Virus record (IMG/VR): IMGVR_UViG_3300033145_003180
Source of the DNA: an uncultured virus (IMG/VR IMGVR_UViG_3300033145_003180)
Lineage: Duplodnaviria > Heunggongvirae > Uroviricota > Caudoviricetes
Direction: 5' to 3' (one strand)
Length of the DNA: 29,603 nt
Positions 7,900 to 17,241 of this stretch are shown here, one piece after another; within the stretch, counting starts at the first letter, position 1, and every line of letters begins with the position of its first letter. A program made the translations under genes and the position numbers. Under the pieces are notes generated by a model, which searched no databases, had not been told where the DNA came from, and worked only from the letters and a program-made list of their open reading frames with translations.

Positions 7900-9375
7900 A
7901 TGAAAAATCAATTCGTATACATTATTTGCCTATTGTTCATTATCCTCCCTATTTTATTTCAAACTGTCTCTTCGGAAACGATAAATGAGTATAGTCCCAG
8001 TAACAATCCCCCCGATGAATTATATTGGGATATTGTATACTGGAATGAATTAATAAGAGTTGATGATGAAGGAAATGTGAATATCTCTGTTAGAATAATG
8101 TTCGAATTTTACAATAAAACTTCGAATATCTGGCACGTTTCAATTAATCTTGGTTCAAATATTACAAAGCCTGTCCTCCATAAAAATAATCACAGCGGAT
8201 TTATCGATGAGGCAGAATTTGTTTATGAAAAACATGGGACATTTCTTGTACTATCTTTTAACTCCTCAATCAGTAGTGTTTATATGATTTATAGTCTAGG
8301 TTTTTCTTATCAAGTGGAGACTCCGTTAATTGTTGAAAAAGTAAGCGCATTTTATGAAACATTAAATCGATTTAGATTGAGTAACCCAACTTCATTCTTT
8401 TCGAGTTTTTATCCCCAATACATCAATTATTACATAGCCCTGCCTAGTAGGGCATCTATTCACAGACACAATGTTGATTTAACCGAAAATGTGGTAATTG
8501 ATCAAAATCAGTTTTCTCTACTATATTTCGATCCGGATTTTCTTTATCCCGATACTGATGATTCCTTCTTAGAAGTCCCAGATATTGAAGAATATCATAT
8601 CTCCAAAATAACGATAAATAAAACTTTTGTTGATAATAAGATATTCATCGAATACACAACACCGAACGACATTATTGGCATTTTGATAATTTTCGCTGCA
8701 ATATTTAGCATTCTGGGTTTCTTAGCAACAATATTTAAAAGAAGAAATAATAGGTTTCAATGGCATTGGAGGAGAGAAAAAATGAAAATTTCTTGGGAAA
8801 AATTACAAAACGCCTTTCTATTAATTGGGTTAGTGACTTTAGCCACTGGTGTTCTTTTTATATTAACCGGCGTATTCTTTAACATAGTTAATCTTATAGA
8901 TGCTGCAAGATGGCTTGCATCTATTGGTATCGCTTTTATCTCTACTGGTATCGCTTGTCGTTCGGTTATGGTTTCGAATCAATCAGATGAAAAAATGATA
9001 GCTAATGCAAACGAATCTTTTCTCAAGATTGTGGATACTTTTGAAGACAAAAGAATACAACTTTTACAACATCCAGATTGGCTTGGTATCGAGGGTACTA
9101 TCTGGAAATGTCAAACTTATTTAGACAGAGCGATTAAGTTAAAAAAATCATCCAAGATTGCTATTGATAACCAAAATAAGTTATTCTACCAATTTGACCT
9201 TCTTATTAATAGAACAGGATTGCCTTGGGGTACTGATGTTATTAAACCGAATGATTTCAAAAATATTCATAAAATGGAATCTAAATTTTTAGAACTAGAC
9301 TTGACAGATGAATCTAAAGAGAAACTAAAAAGAATTAAAGAATATATGAAGAAATTTGAGATTAAAAAGAGATGA
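7900..9375 (+). CDS. exported/membrane protein (possibly two fused genes)
   Basis: Signal peptide, extracellular domain, TM helices; internal GGAGG..ATG near 8782. Confidence 0.65.
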   Translation: MKNQFVYIICLLFIILPILFQTVSSETINEYSPSNNPPDELYWDIVYWNELIRVDDEGNVNISVRIMFEFYNKTSNIWHVSINLGSNITKPVLHKNNHSGFIDEAEFVYEKHGTFLVLSFNSSISSVYMIYSLGFSYQVETPLIVEKVSAFYETLNRFRLSNPTSFFSSFYPQYINYYIALPSRASIHRHNVDLTENVVIDQNQFSLLYFDPDFLYPDTDDSFLEVPDIEEYHISKITINKTFVDNKIFIEYTTPNDIIGILIIFAAIFSILGFLATIFKRRNNRFQWHWRREKMKISWEKLQNAFLLIGLVTLATGVLFILTGVFFNIVNLIDAARWLASIGIAFISTGIACRSVMVSNQSDEKMIANANESFLKIVDTFEDKRIQLLQHPDWLGIEGTIWKCQTYLDRAIKLKKSSKIAIDNQNKLFYQFDLLINRTGLPWGTDVIKPNDFKNIHKMESKFLELDLTDESKEKLKRIKEYMKKFEIKKR

Positions 9376-9865
9376 CATCCTGCTTTATTGCACTATTACG
9401 GTTGCTATTCTCTTCTTCCTTTCCTTTTTTATCAACCATACTACCAATGCATAATTATTAGCTTTGTTAAAGATTTTGGTTCACTTATAATCTGACTTAA
9501 AAAGCCAAATTTTTCTCCTGTTGGAAAATATGCAATAATGACTTAAAGTGGTGTGGTTCTCCTTAAACTAGGATTTTGCAGATAGAAACAGGGTAAAAAA
9601 GTATTGTTAATTTGAGTTAGCAAAAATTTTATTAAACATTAAAGTATGACATCCCATTGAATAATTTAACGACTAGGAGAGATATGGGATGCTATATGGG
9701 GAAAAGACAGATAATAGTTGGGGGAAACAATTAAATAGGGATAATTATATAAATAATAAAAACAGTAATTATATATATGATTTCATCAATCATTACAATG
9801 AAAATGGGGAGGCGTTTTGATGTTTATGCTTAATAACAAAATAAAAGACAAAAAGGAGATAAACA

Positions 9866-10444
9866 ATGTTTCCTTGTAATAATGATTTCTCCGGTCAATA
9901 TCAGATGGGTAAATCTCCGCGTTATCAAAGAGAAAACACTTCACAAAATTTTAGAGGTGATTTTACGACAGAACCTGATCCTGTTGAAAAATGGATACAA
10001 CCAGATATTGTCGCTAGCATCTCCCCATGGGCAACTCAACCTGTTGTTATTGATTTAACACAATTTAAGCCTGAATTTTTATCAAATATTGGAAATAAAA
10101 CGAAAGAAACATTACTCCTACCGGAAAGCATTGCTAAAAATGTGGACGAACAATTGCAATTAAAGATTTCCAATGATGAGTATTTAAGAAGAGTTTTGGT
10201 AAAATCCATTGAGGAAATTGAAAAATACTTGAAAAAAACGAGGAAAAAATACAAGATAAAAGCCTCTGTTTGGCACGATATTGAAGATGCCGAATGGGAA
10301 GAAAATACTATTTTTGTAAAAGTTGAATGTAAGGACAATAAAGAAAAAAGAGAAATTTGGGATAGGATTGATGAAATTGTAGGAAAACAAGAAGAACATG
10401 AAGTCGTAATCTTAACCAATGTTGATAAATATGAATTTTCGTAA
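9866..10444 (+). CDS. hypothetical protein, putative partner of the HEPN protein
   Basis: GGAGA RBS; overlaps the start of the HEPN gene. Confidence 0.65.
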   Translation: MFPCNNDFSGQYQMGKSPRYQRENTSQNFRGDFTTEPDPVEKWIQPDIVASISPWATQPVVIDLTQFKPEFLSNIGNKTKETLLLPESIAKNVDEQLQLKISNDEYLRRVLVKSIEEIEKYLKKTRKKYKIKASVWHDIEDAEWEENTIFVKVECKDNKEKREIWDRIDEIVGKQEEHEVVILTNVDKYEFS

Positions 10445-10835
10445 TTTTCTGGGTTTGGGTAAAGAACTTATTGAAGGAGAAAATATTCCAGAAGTAAAAA
10501 TTAGAACTTCTATGGGTAGAGTATACAACTATGTTTTTCATTACATGAGAGAAAATCATAGAGGGCATCCAGATAGTAATTTCGGGAATGGAAAAGGTGA
10601 TCATAGCGAAGCGATCAATTTTTTAAAAAGATTGGAAGAGAGGCGTTTAGCATCTACCTTACATTCCTTAACTCATAAGAGGAATAGGGCAGAGTATGAT
10701 TTAAACCTCTCTTTTAAAAAGCAGAATGCGATTGATTATATAGAAGATGCGGAAGATTTTGTTAAAAAAATGGATAGTGGAAATGTAAAAACAAGACGTG
10801 TTAAAGCAAAGAGAAAATTTGCAAGGAGAAAATAA
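10431..10835 (+). CDS. HEPN domain protein
   Basis: RTSMGRVYNYVFH (cf. RSAISRAYYAAFH), DH..AI..L, L..KRNRAEY motifs. Confidence 0.75.
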   Translation: MNFRNFLGLGKELIEGENIPEVKIRTSMGRVYNYVFHYMRENHRGHPDSNFGNGKGDHSEAINFLKRLEERRLASTLHSLTHKRNRAEYDLNLSFKKQNAIDYIEDAEDFVKKMDSGNVKTRRVKAKRKFARRK

Positions 10836-10836
10836 T

Positions 10837-11280
10837 ATGTTGAAGGATTATGAATATGCGGATTTTGAGACAAAAGAGGAGAATTGGAATGAATATAAAA
10901 TAGAGGATGGTACTACAATACGTGTAAAATTTATAATGGTTAAGATTCTTAGAAGGGAAATTACCGGAGGTCATGATTTTAGATTTAACAGCAGTAAAGT
11001 GATTAGTGTTAATGCTCCGTTAGAAAAAAGTGGGAAACCATCTGATGGGAATTACTCCCCTGAAGAACTTTTTGATTCTATCACCGAAACGGATATGAAA
11101 TTTAAACAAGTAAACGAAGAGAAATGGAACAAGTATCTTCTTAAAGATGGAACTAAAATAATGGCTAAACTAGCGATTACGGATATTGGAAAAACGGACA
11201 AGTATGATGAGTTTGGCGATCCAATATATAATATCCAATCACAGCCATTATTTAAGGCAGTTCCGCCAAAAAAGCGTTAA
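10837..11280 (+). CDS. hypothetical protein with internal domain duplication
   Basis: EENWNEYKIEDGTTIRVK vs EEKWNKYLLKDGTKIMAK; ATG 10837 after GGAGA. Confidence 0.75.
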   Translation: MLKDYEYADFETKEENWNEYKIEDGTTIRVKFIMVKILRREITGGHDFRFNSSKVISVNAPLEKSGKPSDGNYSPEELFDSITETDMKFKQVNEEKWNKYLLKDGTKIMAKLAITDIGKTDKYDEFGDPIYNIQSQPLFKAVPPKKR

Positions 11281-11317
11281 TTGATAAATGAAATTTGTTC
11301 AGTGGTAAATATCAAAG

Positions 11318-11464
11318 TTAGTTTACTTTTTTTATTCTAAGTTCATTATTGCCTATGGGCTCAATGCTAAACTTATCATTTGGCTTAAAGCCGTATAAGT
11401 CACATACCTGCTTTGGAATTGTGATTATATAGCTGCCGTTGATCTCACGTAGTTTACGTTCCAT
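11318..11464 (-). CDS. AbrB/MazE/SpoVT family DNA-binding protein (48 aa, not in ORF track)
   Basis: MERKLREINGSYIITIPKQVCDLYGFKPNDKFSIEPIGNNELRIKKVN. Confidence 0.8.
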   Translation of the reverse strand: MERKLREINGSYIITIPKQVCDLYGFKPNDKFSIEPIGNNELRIKKVN

Positions 11465-11498
11465 ATAGAAAACGATATAGAAAACGATACATAAAAAG
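11463..11498. repeat. 12-bp tandem repeat upstream of the AbrB gene (possible operator)
   Basis: ATATAGAAAACG x2 plus degenerate ATACATAAAAAG. Confidence 0.55.
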
Positions 11499-11552
11499 GT
11501 ATGTTTTTGGTAATAAATATCACTTATAAAAATATATAACTCTTGTAAACAA

Positions 11553-11828
11553 ATGTTTATGAATCAACAATTGCAAGGTCATGAAGGATATTTAAGCCGT
11601 TCTTATAAACGATATACAGAGAGGGAGCTGGCAGAAGCTTACCAGAAAGGAGTTGGTGCTCTACTTGTTTTTGAAACACCAGTAGATTTAAGCGATGTTC
11701 ACGAAGAAATAGCGGGGTTAAAGGATGAAAACCAGAAGTTAAAGAAAGATGTCGATAGTCTAAGGATGGAATTATTGGAAGTCAAATTCAAACAGATCCA
11801 GGAAATGCAAAAAAAGGAACAGAAGTAA
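11553..11828 (+). pseudogene. C-terminal remnant of a tyrosine integrase
   Basis: QGHEGYLSRSYKRYT..EL.EAY (GH...Y catalytic end) plus coiled-coil tail; N-terminal catalytic region missing. Confidence 0.65.
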
Positions 11829-11871
11829 AATAGCAAATCAAAGAAAACCTATTAAATTTCTATTAAAACCC

Positions 11872-12087
11872 CTAATCATTGCCTCCTTTATCTGGTGGTT
11901 CCCAATAAAGCTCTCCTTTTGAATCAAAAAGAATTTTGCCTGCATCTGTCCCCATCTTTCCAAAATTTTCAAGTTCAGATGCGGTCAGTTTTCTCGTGTA
12001 CTTAGTAATCTTTGATCCCAAAGCACCCTCAATCATATCTTGGATATCCTCAAAAGATGCATATACGATACCAGATACATAGACCAA
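11872..12087 (-). CDS. short hypothetical protein or gene remnant
   Basis: 71-aa ORF downstream of the RM gene; weak start. Confidence 0.4.
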   Translation of the reverse strand: MVYVSGIVYASFEDIQDMIEGALGSKITKYTRKLTASELENFGKMGTDAGKILFDSKGELYWEPPDKGGND

Positions 12088-12127
12088 GGTTGCATTAACA
12101 CTAAACTATGTGTGATTTTACCCAAAT

Positions 12128-14689
12128 TTAATCACCAGAAAACAAACGTTTAAGAATATCCCAAGAAGAAACACTTTTCACAACTTGTTCAATATAATCT
12201 TCATCAATATTATCATTTTCATCCATTGGGATAAAAATCTTTATTTTGTCAATTTTATTTTTATATGCTTTTCTACCATAAGAAAAACGCCATTTTAAAC
12301 GATTTAGTTCAGAAATCAAGTACATTATCGTTGTAAATTTATATTCCTCTTTTGGAAAACAAACCAATACATTATCTTTCGCACAGAATTTATAATAGTG
12401 ATAGAACGTGCTTAACGGCATACCATCTGAAGCAATAGTTATACTCTTATCATAGGTCGTTTTAATAGCTACATCCTTATTTCTTTTCTTAACAAATATC
12501 TGATCTTCAACATCAACATAAGTTTCAACACCATCATTTATAGAAGAACAGGAAATTAATGGAATATCGCCATCATCTAAACTACCACTAACATGATAAA
12601 AACCCGTATCTATCGGTGTTTCAAAAATATCTGAAATTGGAATTTCTTTAACTTCAATATTACTTGTTTTTCCCTTAGCATCAGAAGAAAAAATATTTTC
12701 CTTATCAATGATATTTTCCCTGAAATCCTTTTCTTTATCAGAATTGATAAGGTATGAAAGGAGATTTCGTAAACAATAATCTATGTCTAGTTTAATTTTT
12801 TCTTCAGATGGTTTTTCTTCATCAAGATATACTTCTGGCACAAGTTCCAACATTTTATCGTTGAAATCTATCGGACATGCCTTTTGAAGTTCTTGAATAT
12901 TATCTACATTAATAGTTGGATTGATTAAAAATGATGTTAATACGCCTCTTATTTTCTCAAAATCATTTTCTATTTTTGAATTAGGCAATCTTTTACCTTT
13001 ACTTTTTAAAAATCCATCATTCAATGCTCTAATCCATAATACATTTTGTTTTTTATCATGAGGCACACCTTTTTTTATAAATATCCCAACACTATGAACC
13101 CCTATTGGATAAAAAAGGTCAAAAGGAAAAGTAATTCCAGATAGTAATGTATGTTTTTTCAGTAATTCCTTTCTCCATGTCAAAAAACCTGCTGATTTGA
13201 CCAAATTTGAATAAGGTAATATCGAAAACAGGATACCGCCATCTTGCATTTCATCTAAACCATAATCAACAAATTGATATGCTTTTTCGCTTTCATCTTT
13301 AAGGGCAAATGGTGGGTTCATTAATACTTTTGTAACGGCATCAATTTCTTTATCATCATTCTTCTCTTTTTGTTTTTTCCTTATCTTATTTTTATCCTCC
13401 TTCTTGATATATTTAGCAGATGAATCGGTTTTTAACAGGCTGTTCTTAAAACAATTACCTTCAATAATGTTGTTTTTACCATCACCTCTAAAAATCATAT
13501 TCACTATTGCTAATGAAACAACCTCATCATCTTGTTCTATTCCAAATAAATTCTTTTGTTTAAACCTATTCAACTGTTGCATATTTGCATTTTTTCTTAC
13601 GTGGTCAAATGATGCAACAAGAAATCCACCTGTACCACAAGCAGGATCAAGAATAATATCATTATGTGTAACATTCATTACTTCAACTGCAAATTTCGTA
13701 ATATGTCGAGGCGTTAACACAATACCTATCTCTTTTGCACCATTCCCATATTTCAAAAAAACTTCATAGAATTTTCCAAGTATATCAGTCCCTGATTCCA
13801 TTGCGGATCGGATGTTTATACTTCTAAGTTGTTGAATAGTATCTACTAATGCTTTTCTATGTTTATGATGATTATCTGATTTTGTTGGTAATGCTAATTT
13901 AATAAAATCATAAAACCTTGGTTTTCCCTGTTTATCTAAAACATTGCTCACTCTTGTATTTATATCATTGATTAAAACGCTTGGAGATGAATCAATGATT
14001 AAGGGATTTTCATCAATCAATGATAATAGCAATGCAGACATCACTCTTGCTCGTTTATTCTTATTTATTGCTCCTCTATGCAATATTTCATTTATTTTTT
14101 CTGCTTTTTGAAGAAACAGTCTTTGAAATCGGTCATCAAAAGGTAACTCTTCAATATCAGGTTTATTATTTTCAATAATTGATAATAACTGTTCTTGAAT
14201 TAGAAAACCAGAAATATTTCTCTTGTTTATGGTTACTGGATGAAAATGTTTTCCATCGAAATATTCAGTTTCAATAATATAACCATCATAATCATTCCCT
14301 GCAACACCCGAAACAAAAGCAACTTGGATTTGATCGCTTTTATTGATTTTTTCCGCATATTGTTCTTTCGCCTCTTTTAATGCCTGATCTTTTTGCCTAT
14401 GTTCCTTTTTTGATTCAATAACCCATAACTTTGTTTCTGTTACTTTAACAATAGCCTCTGGTCTTTCTTTATCAAGAAATTTTTTAATCTCTTCATTTTC
14501 AAGGCATTCGTTTTGTGTATAAACTTGTCCTTCTGGATCACGTTCTGGATTTTTTGTATTCCATCCAAGATTCCTTAATTCATCTCTGATAAAAATATAG
14601 GCGTTGACTTCTGTTTTTCTTGGTTTAGGTAATTTGTTTTTTTTGTTTTGAATTGATTTGCCATTCTGTTTTTTTTGAGTTTCTACCAA
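12128..14689 (-). CDS. fused restriction-modification enzyme (Type IIG/BcgI-like: nuclease, N6-MTase, specificity domain)
   Basis: N-terminal PE...IESKK nuclease-like motif; LTPRHI, ILDPACGTGGFL, MNPPF; C-terminal HsdS-like TRD (IPLISCSS..DG, RFSYGRK). Confidence 0.88.
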   Translation of the reverse strand: MVETQKKQNGKSIQNKKNKLPKPRKTEVNAYIFIRDELRNLGWNTKNPERDPEGQVYTQNECLENEEIKKFLDKERPEAIVKVTETKLWVIESKKEHRQKDQALKEAKEQYAEKINKSDQIQVAFVSGVAGNDYDGYIIETEYFDGKHFHPVTINKRNISGFLIQEQLLSIIENNKPDIEELPFDDRFQRLFLQKAEKINEILHRGAINKNKRARVMSALLLSLIDENPLIIDSSPSVLINDINTRVSNVLDKQGKPRFYDFIKLALPTKSDNHHKHRKALVDTIQQLRSINIRSAMESGTDILGKFYEVFLKYGNGAKEIGIVLTPRHITKFAVEVMNVTHNDIILDPACGTGGFLVASFDHVRKNANMQQLNRFKQKNLFGIEQDDEVVSLAIVNMIFRGDGKNNIIEGNCFKNSLLKTDSSAKYIKKEDKNKIRKKQKEKNDDKEIDAVTKVLMNPPFALKDESEKAYQFVDYGLDEMQDGGILFSILPYSNLVKSAGFLTWRKELLKKHTLLSGITFPFDLFYPIGVHSVGIFIKKGVPHDKKQNVLWIRALNDGFLKSKGKRLPNSKIENDFEKIRGVLTSFLINPTINVDNIQELQKACPIDFNDKMLELVPEVYLDEEKPSEEKIKLDIDYCLRNLLSYLINSDKEKDFRENIIDKENIFSSDAKGKTSNIEVKEIPISDIFETPIDTGFYHVSGSLDDGDIPLISCSSINDGVETYVDVEDQIFVKKRNKDVAIKTTYDKSITIASDGMPLSTFYHYYKFCAKDNVLVCFPKEEYKFTTIMYLISELNRLKWRFSYGRKAYKNKIDKIKIFIPMDENDNIDEDYIEQVVKSVSSWDILKRLFSGD

Positions 14690-14691
14690 AA

Positions 14692-14847
14692 TTACATCCC
14701 ACCATTTTTCTTGATATAATCCTTAATTAATTCTTCAAGAATTGTACTGGCATAGCGATTTCCATGTTTCCCAACAACTATAGAACAAAACTTATTCCAC
14801 AACTCCTTATCTACACTAATAGAAGTATTTATCTTTCCATCCGACAT
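14692..14847 (-). CDS. ribbon-helix-helix regulator upstream of the RM gene
   Basis: ATG 14847 after GGTGAG; NTSISVDKELWNKF...S.ILEELIKDYI. Confidence 0.7.
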   Translation of the reverse strand: MSDGKINTSISVDKELWNKFCSIVVGKHGNRYASTILEELIKDYIKKNGGM

Positions 14848-15020
14848 CTCACCACTAACCCCACTTGCCAATACTTGTAATTGATCGTTCATTTAATTAC
14901 CTTTTTACCCATATGTCTTTATACCGCTATATATTTATAAATATATGCCGATATGTTTATATACCCATAAGACATACCTATTATGTTTTGAATTTTGAGT
15001 TAATCTGTTCTTTATCCATT

Positions 15021-15242
15021 TCAACCAAAAAGCTCTTCAAACCATCCTTTTTTTGTTTTCTTTGGTTTAGGTTTATACGACCCAAGAATTTGTCCTTTTC
15101 TTCCTTGTGAAGTTGTCCGTTCCCTCAATTTATAATATTTTCTTGTTTTAGGATTATAAATTCTCTTTTTTACCATTATCAAAAAATTCATAGCTTTTAA
15201 TATGATATTTAGTTTTCGATTTATTTGATTTAATTTTACCAT
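15021..15242 (-). CDS. small basic hypothetical protein
   Basis: ATG after GGTGG; Lys/Arg-rich; true start may be the internal MVKKRIYNP. Confidence 0.5.
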   Translation of the reverse strand: MVKLNQINRKLNIILKAMNFLIMVKKRIYNPKTRKYYKLRERTTSQGRKGQILGSYKPKPKKTKKGWFEELFG

Positions 15243-15267
15243 AGCCGAACCACCTTTGATACACCCC

Positions 15268-15314
15268 ACTAAATTTTACATACTAGATTTGCCACACTCA
15301 AATTTTACAGTACC
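15268..15314 (-). repeat. right terminal inverted repeat
   Basis: Reverse complement GGTACTGTAAAATTTGAGTGTGGCAAATCTAGTATGTAAAATTTAGT. Confidence 0.9.
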
Positions 15315-15618
15315 CACTAGTCAATGGTGTATTTGAAAATAAAATATCATGTATCTTTCTATGCAATCCATCAACTGGGAAATTAATATTGTTGATAAAC
15401 CCCACTGACTTGAATGTTTTGTCCATCTGGTCATAGCTTTCTCTTATTGCTGAAACAATATCTGTTAGATCTCCCAATATGTATTTGTGGATTTTTTTAT
15501 GACATTTTTGGCAGAGTGGCACGGTTTTATTCCATTTAGGAATTATACTTCTCGGTACTGTGTGGTGATCTTCAATTGCATCCATATCCTCTTCTTTACA
15601 CATTATACAACGTTTCAT
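15315..15618 (-). pseudogene. 5' half (HNH endonuclease domain) of the interrupted HNH-wH gene
   Basis: CIMC...EDHHTVP...LCQKCHKKIH; currently terminates inside the TIR at 15298. Confidence 0.82.
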
Positions 15619-15659
15619 AATACATCCACCATTATTATAAGGAGAACACCCCATATTTT

Positions 15660-17045
15660 TTAAAAGTTATTACTTAATTTATACCTGCGATACAAATAAC
15701 CAAGGCGCTTTCCATTCTCCCGCCCAAGTGAAAGCACCTTTCCAATACTCTTATGTTTTGTTTTCAACCCCATATTTTTCAGAATATACCCAAGTTTCTG
15801 CTTATCTTTCTTATCTTCCCACCCTAGGCCTTCACAAATATCAGTTACCTTGATATCATCTGGTGCATCATCCAATGTTGCACACTCCCTGTAATTTTTG
15901 ATCACCCTTAATACTTCATATTGAATAGTTCCCTGCAGTTCCTCTTCCGCATCCTTTTCCTTTTCCTGTGCGAATTTTATAACATCGTCTACTTCCTGAC
16001 CGATGTGTTTTCCTGTTGCGATTATGCTTTCATATACCTCTCTCGTCCGGCCTGTTAAAATAAATGAACGCCCTAGATCTGGTGGGTCACCTGTTTTATA
16101 TTTATAGTTCAGAAGCATGGATCGTATTATGGCAAGTTCCTCCTCAAGATATTCCATCTTTGCTGCAGGTGGGATTGATTTCTCCATGAAAACGTCTATT
16201 CCCCTACTTACAAGTGCAGGATCAAAAGATTTCTCACCCGCAAATGCTTTGAACCCAAAATTATGCGTGGCGATAACTTCCTTTTGGTTATTTAGATCCG
16301 AACTTATATAGACAGATCCTTTTTTATAGCTCTGTTTTATAAAATCCAGTAATTGCGCTCCGCTTTCATTTCTAGGGTTCAGTCTGTTGTTCGCCTCATC
16401 TATTGTAATGCTGATATTCCAGTATTCGCTCAATCTGGATAATGCCGAGAAACTTACAATCGCAGCTGGAACAGAACGATATGCCAACGCCTGTATGACA
16501 TTTAACGCTCGAGTTTTTCCACTGCCTATAATCCCTCTAAAAACTGGAAAACCAACTGTCTCCCAGCATTCCTGTTTCCATGTACTTATAATCCAGAGAG
16601 TAAAAATTTTGTAGAGTATCTCCTCTGGAAAAATCACAAGTTCATGCATAACATTGATTATTGTATCATATATTTCAAAAGGATCCACTTCGCTCTCTTC
16701 CCACACCGGGAGTTTCCATATATCCGTTTTTATGATTCCTGTTAATGCTTTAAAAGTCGCTGTCCTCCCACACCCGCCTTGTTCTTCATAACATACTGCG
16801 GGTTCGCCTGGGTTCGATTCAATAATACAATTACATCTTTGGCATTTCCAAAGTCCCTGTTTTTTTGTATAAAAGACGGTTTCTGTCTTTGGCGGTAATG
16901 GATCAGTCACTACGTCTTTTACATCCCTTCCGCTATCTTGAGCAACCTCTCTTTCTTTTATAAAAAGCCAACATGGTTCACCATTGAAAATTACTGGTTC
17001 TTTAATCTCCTTCACTTCTTTAATGGGTTGAAGATTAGTAGACAT
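15660..17045 (-). CDS. P-loop ATPase, putative replicative helicase/Rep with zinc finger and C-terminal winged helix
   Basis: CQRC...C...C zinc motif; Walker A GIIGSGKT; Walker B ITIDEA; ALVSR Arg finger; wH tail. Confidence 0.75.
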   Translation of the reverse strand: MSTNLQPIKEVKEIKEPVIFNGEPCWLFIKEREVAQDSGRDVKDVVTDPLPPKTETVFYTKKQGLWKCQRCNCIIESNPGEPAVCYEEQGGCGRTATFKALTGIIKTDIWKLPVWEESEVDPFEIYDTIINVMHELVIFPEEILYKIFTLWIISTWKQECWETVGFPVFRGIIGSGKTRALNVIQALAYRSVPAAIVSFSALSRLSEYWNISITIDEANNRLNPRNESGAQLLDFIKQSYKKGSVYISSDLNNQKEVIATHNFGFKAFAGEKSFDPALVSRGIDVFMEKSIPPAAKMEYLEEELAIIRSMLLNYKYKTGDPPDLGRSFILTGRTREVYESIIATGKHIGQEVDDVIKFAQEKEKDAEEELQGTIQYEVLRVIKNYRECATLDDAPDDIKVTDICEGLGWEDKKDKQKLGYILKNMGLKTKHKSIGKVLSLGRENGKRLGYLYRRYKLSNNF

Positions 17046-17241
17046 TGCGGTTTTCCCCCCTCGGAAAGCAACTTATAAAATTAGAACCAAGCCCTATAAT
17101 TACATCTTTAACTACAATATAATTGCTGTCCAGATTAACTTCATTCAGTACTCCAATAACAGCTTTTGTTTTACCATCATCAACATAGAGTACCTTAACT
17201 ACACTACCTAACAAATTTTGAAAATGATTGTTATCTCCCAT
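17035..17241 (-). CDS. Sm/LSm-fold-like small protein
   Basis: LLGSVVKVLY.DDG.....GVL.EV....IVV pattern; overlaps the helicase start. Confidence 0.55.
   Translation of the reverse strand: MGDNNHFQNLLGSVVKVLYVDDGKTKAVIGVLNEVNLDSNYIVVKDVIIGLGSNFISCFPRGENRNVY

Larger units (their letters stand above)
6431..15314. mobile_element. non-autonomous cargo transposon-like element (8,884 bp)
   Basis: 47-bp TIRs (44/47 identical) starting GGTACTGT; flanking 8-bp direct repeat CACTAGTC at 6423-6430 and 15315-15322; interrupts a gene. Confidence 0.85.

Noticed and set aside
6431..15314. Casposon
   Set aside because: No Cas1-like casposase or family B DNA polymerase inside the TIRs
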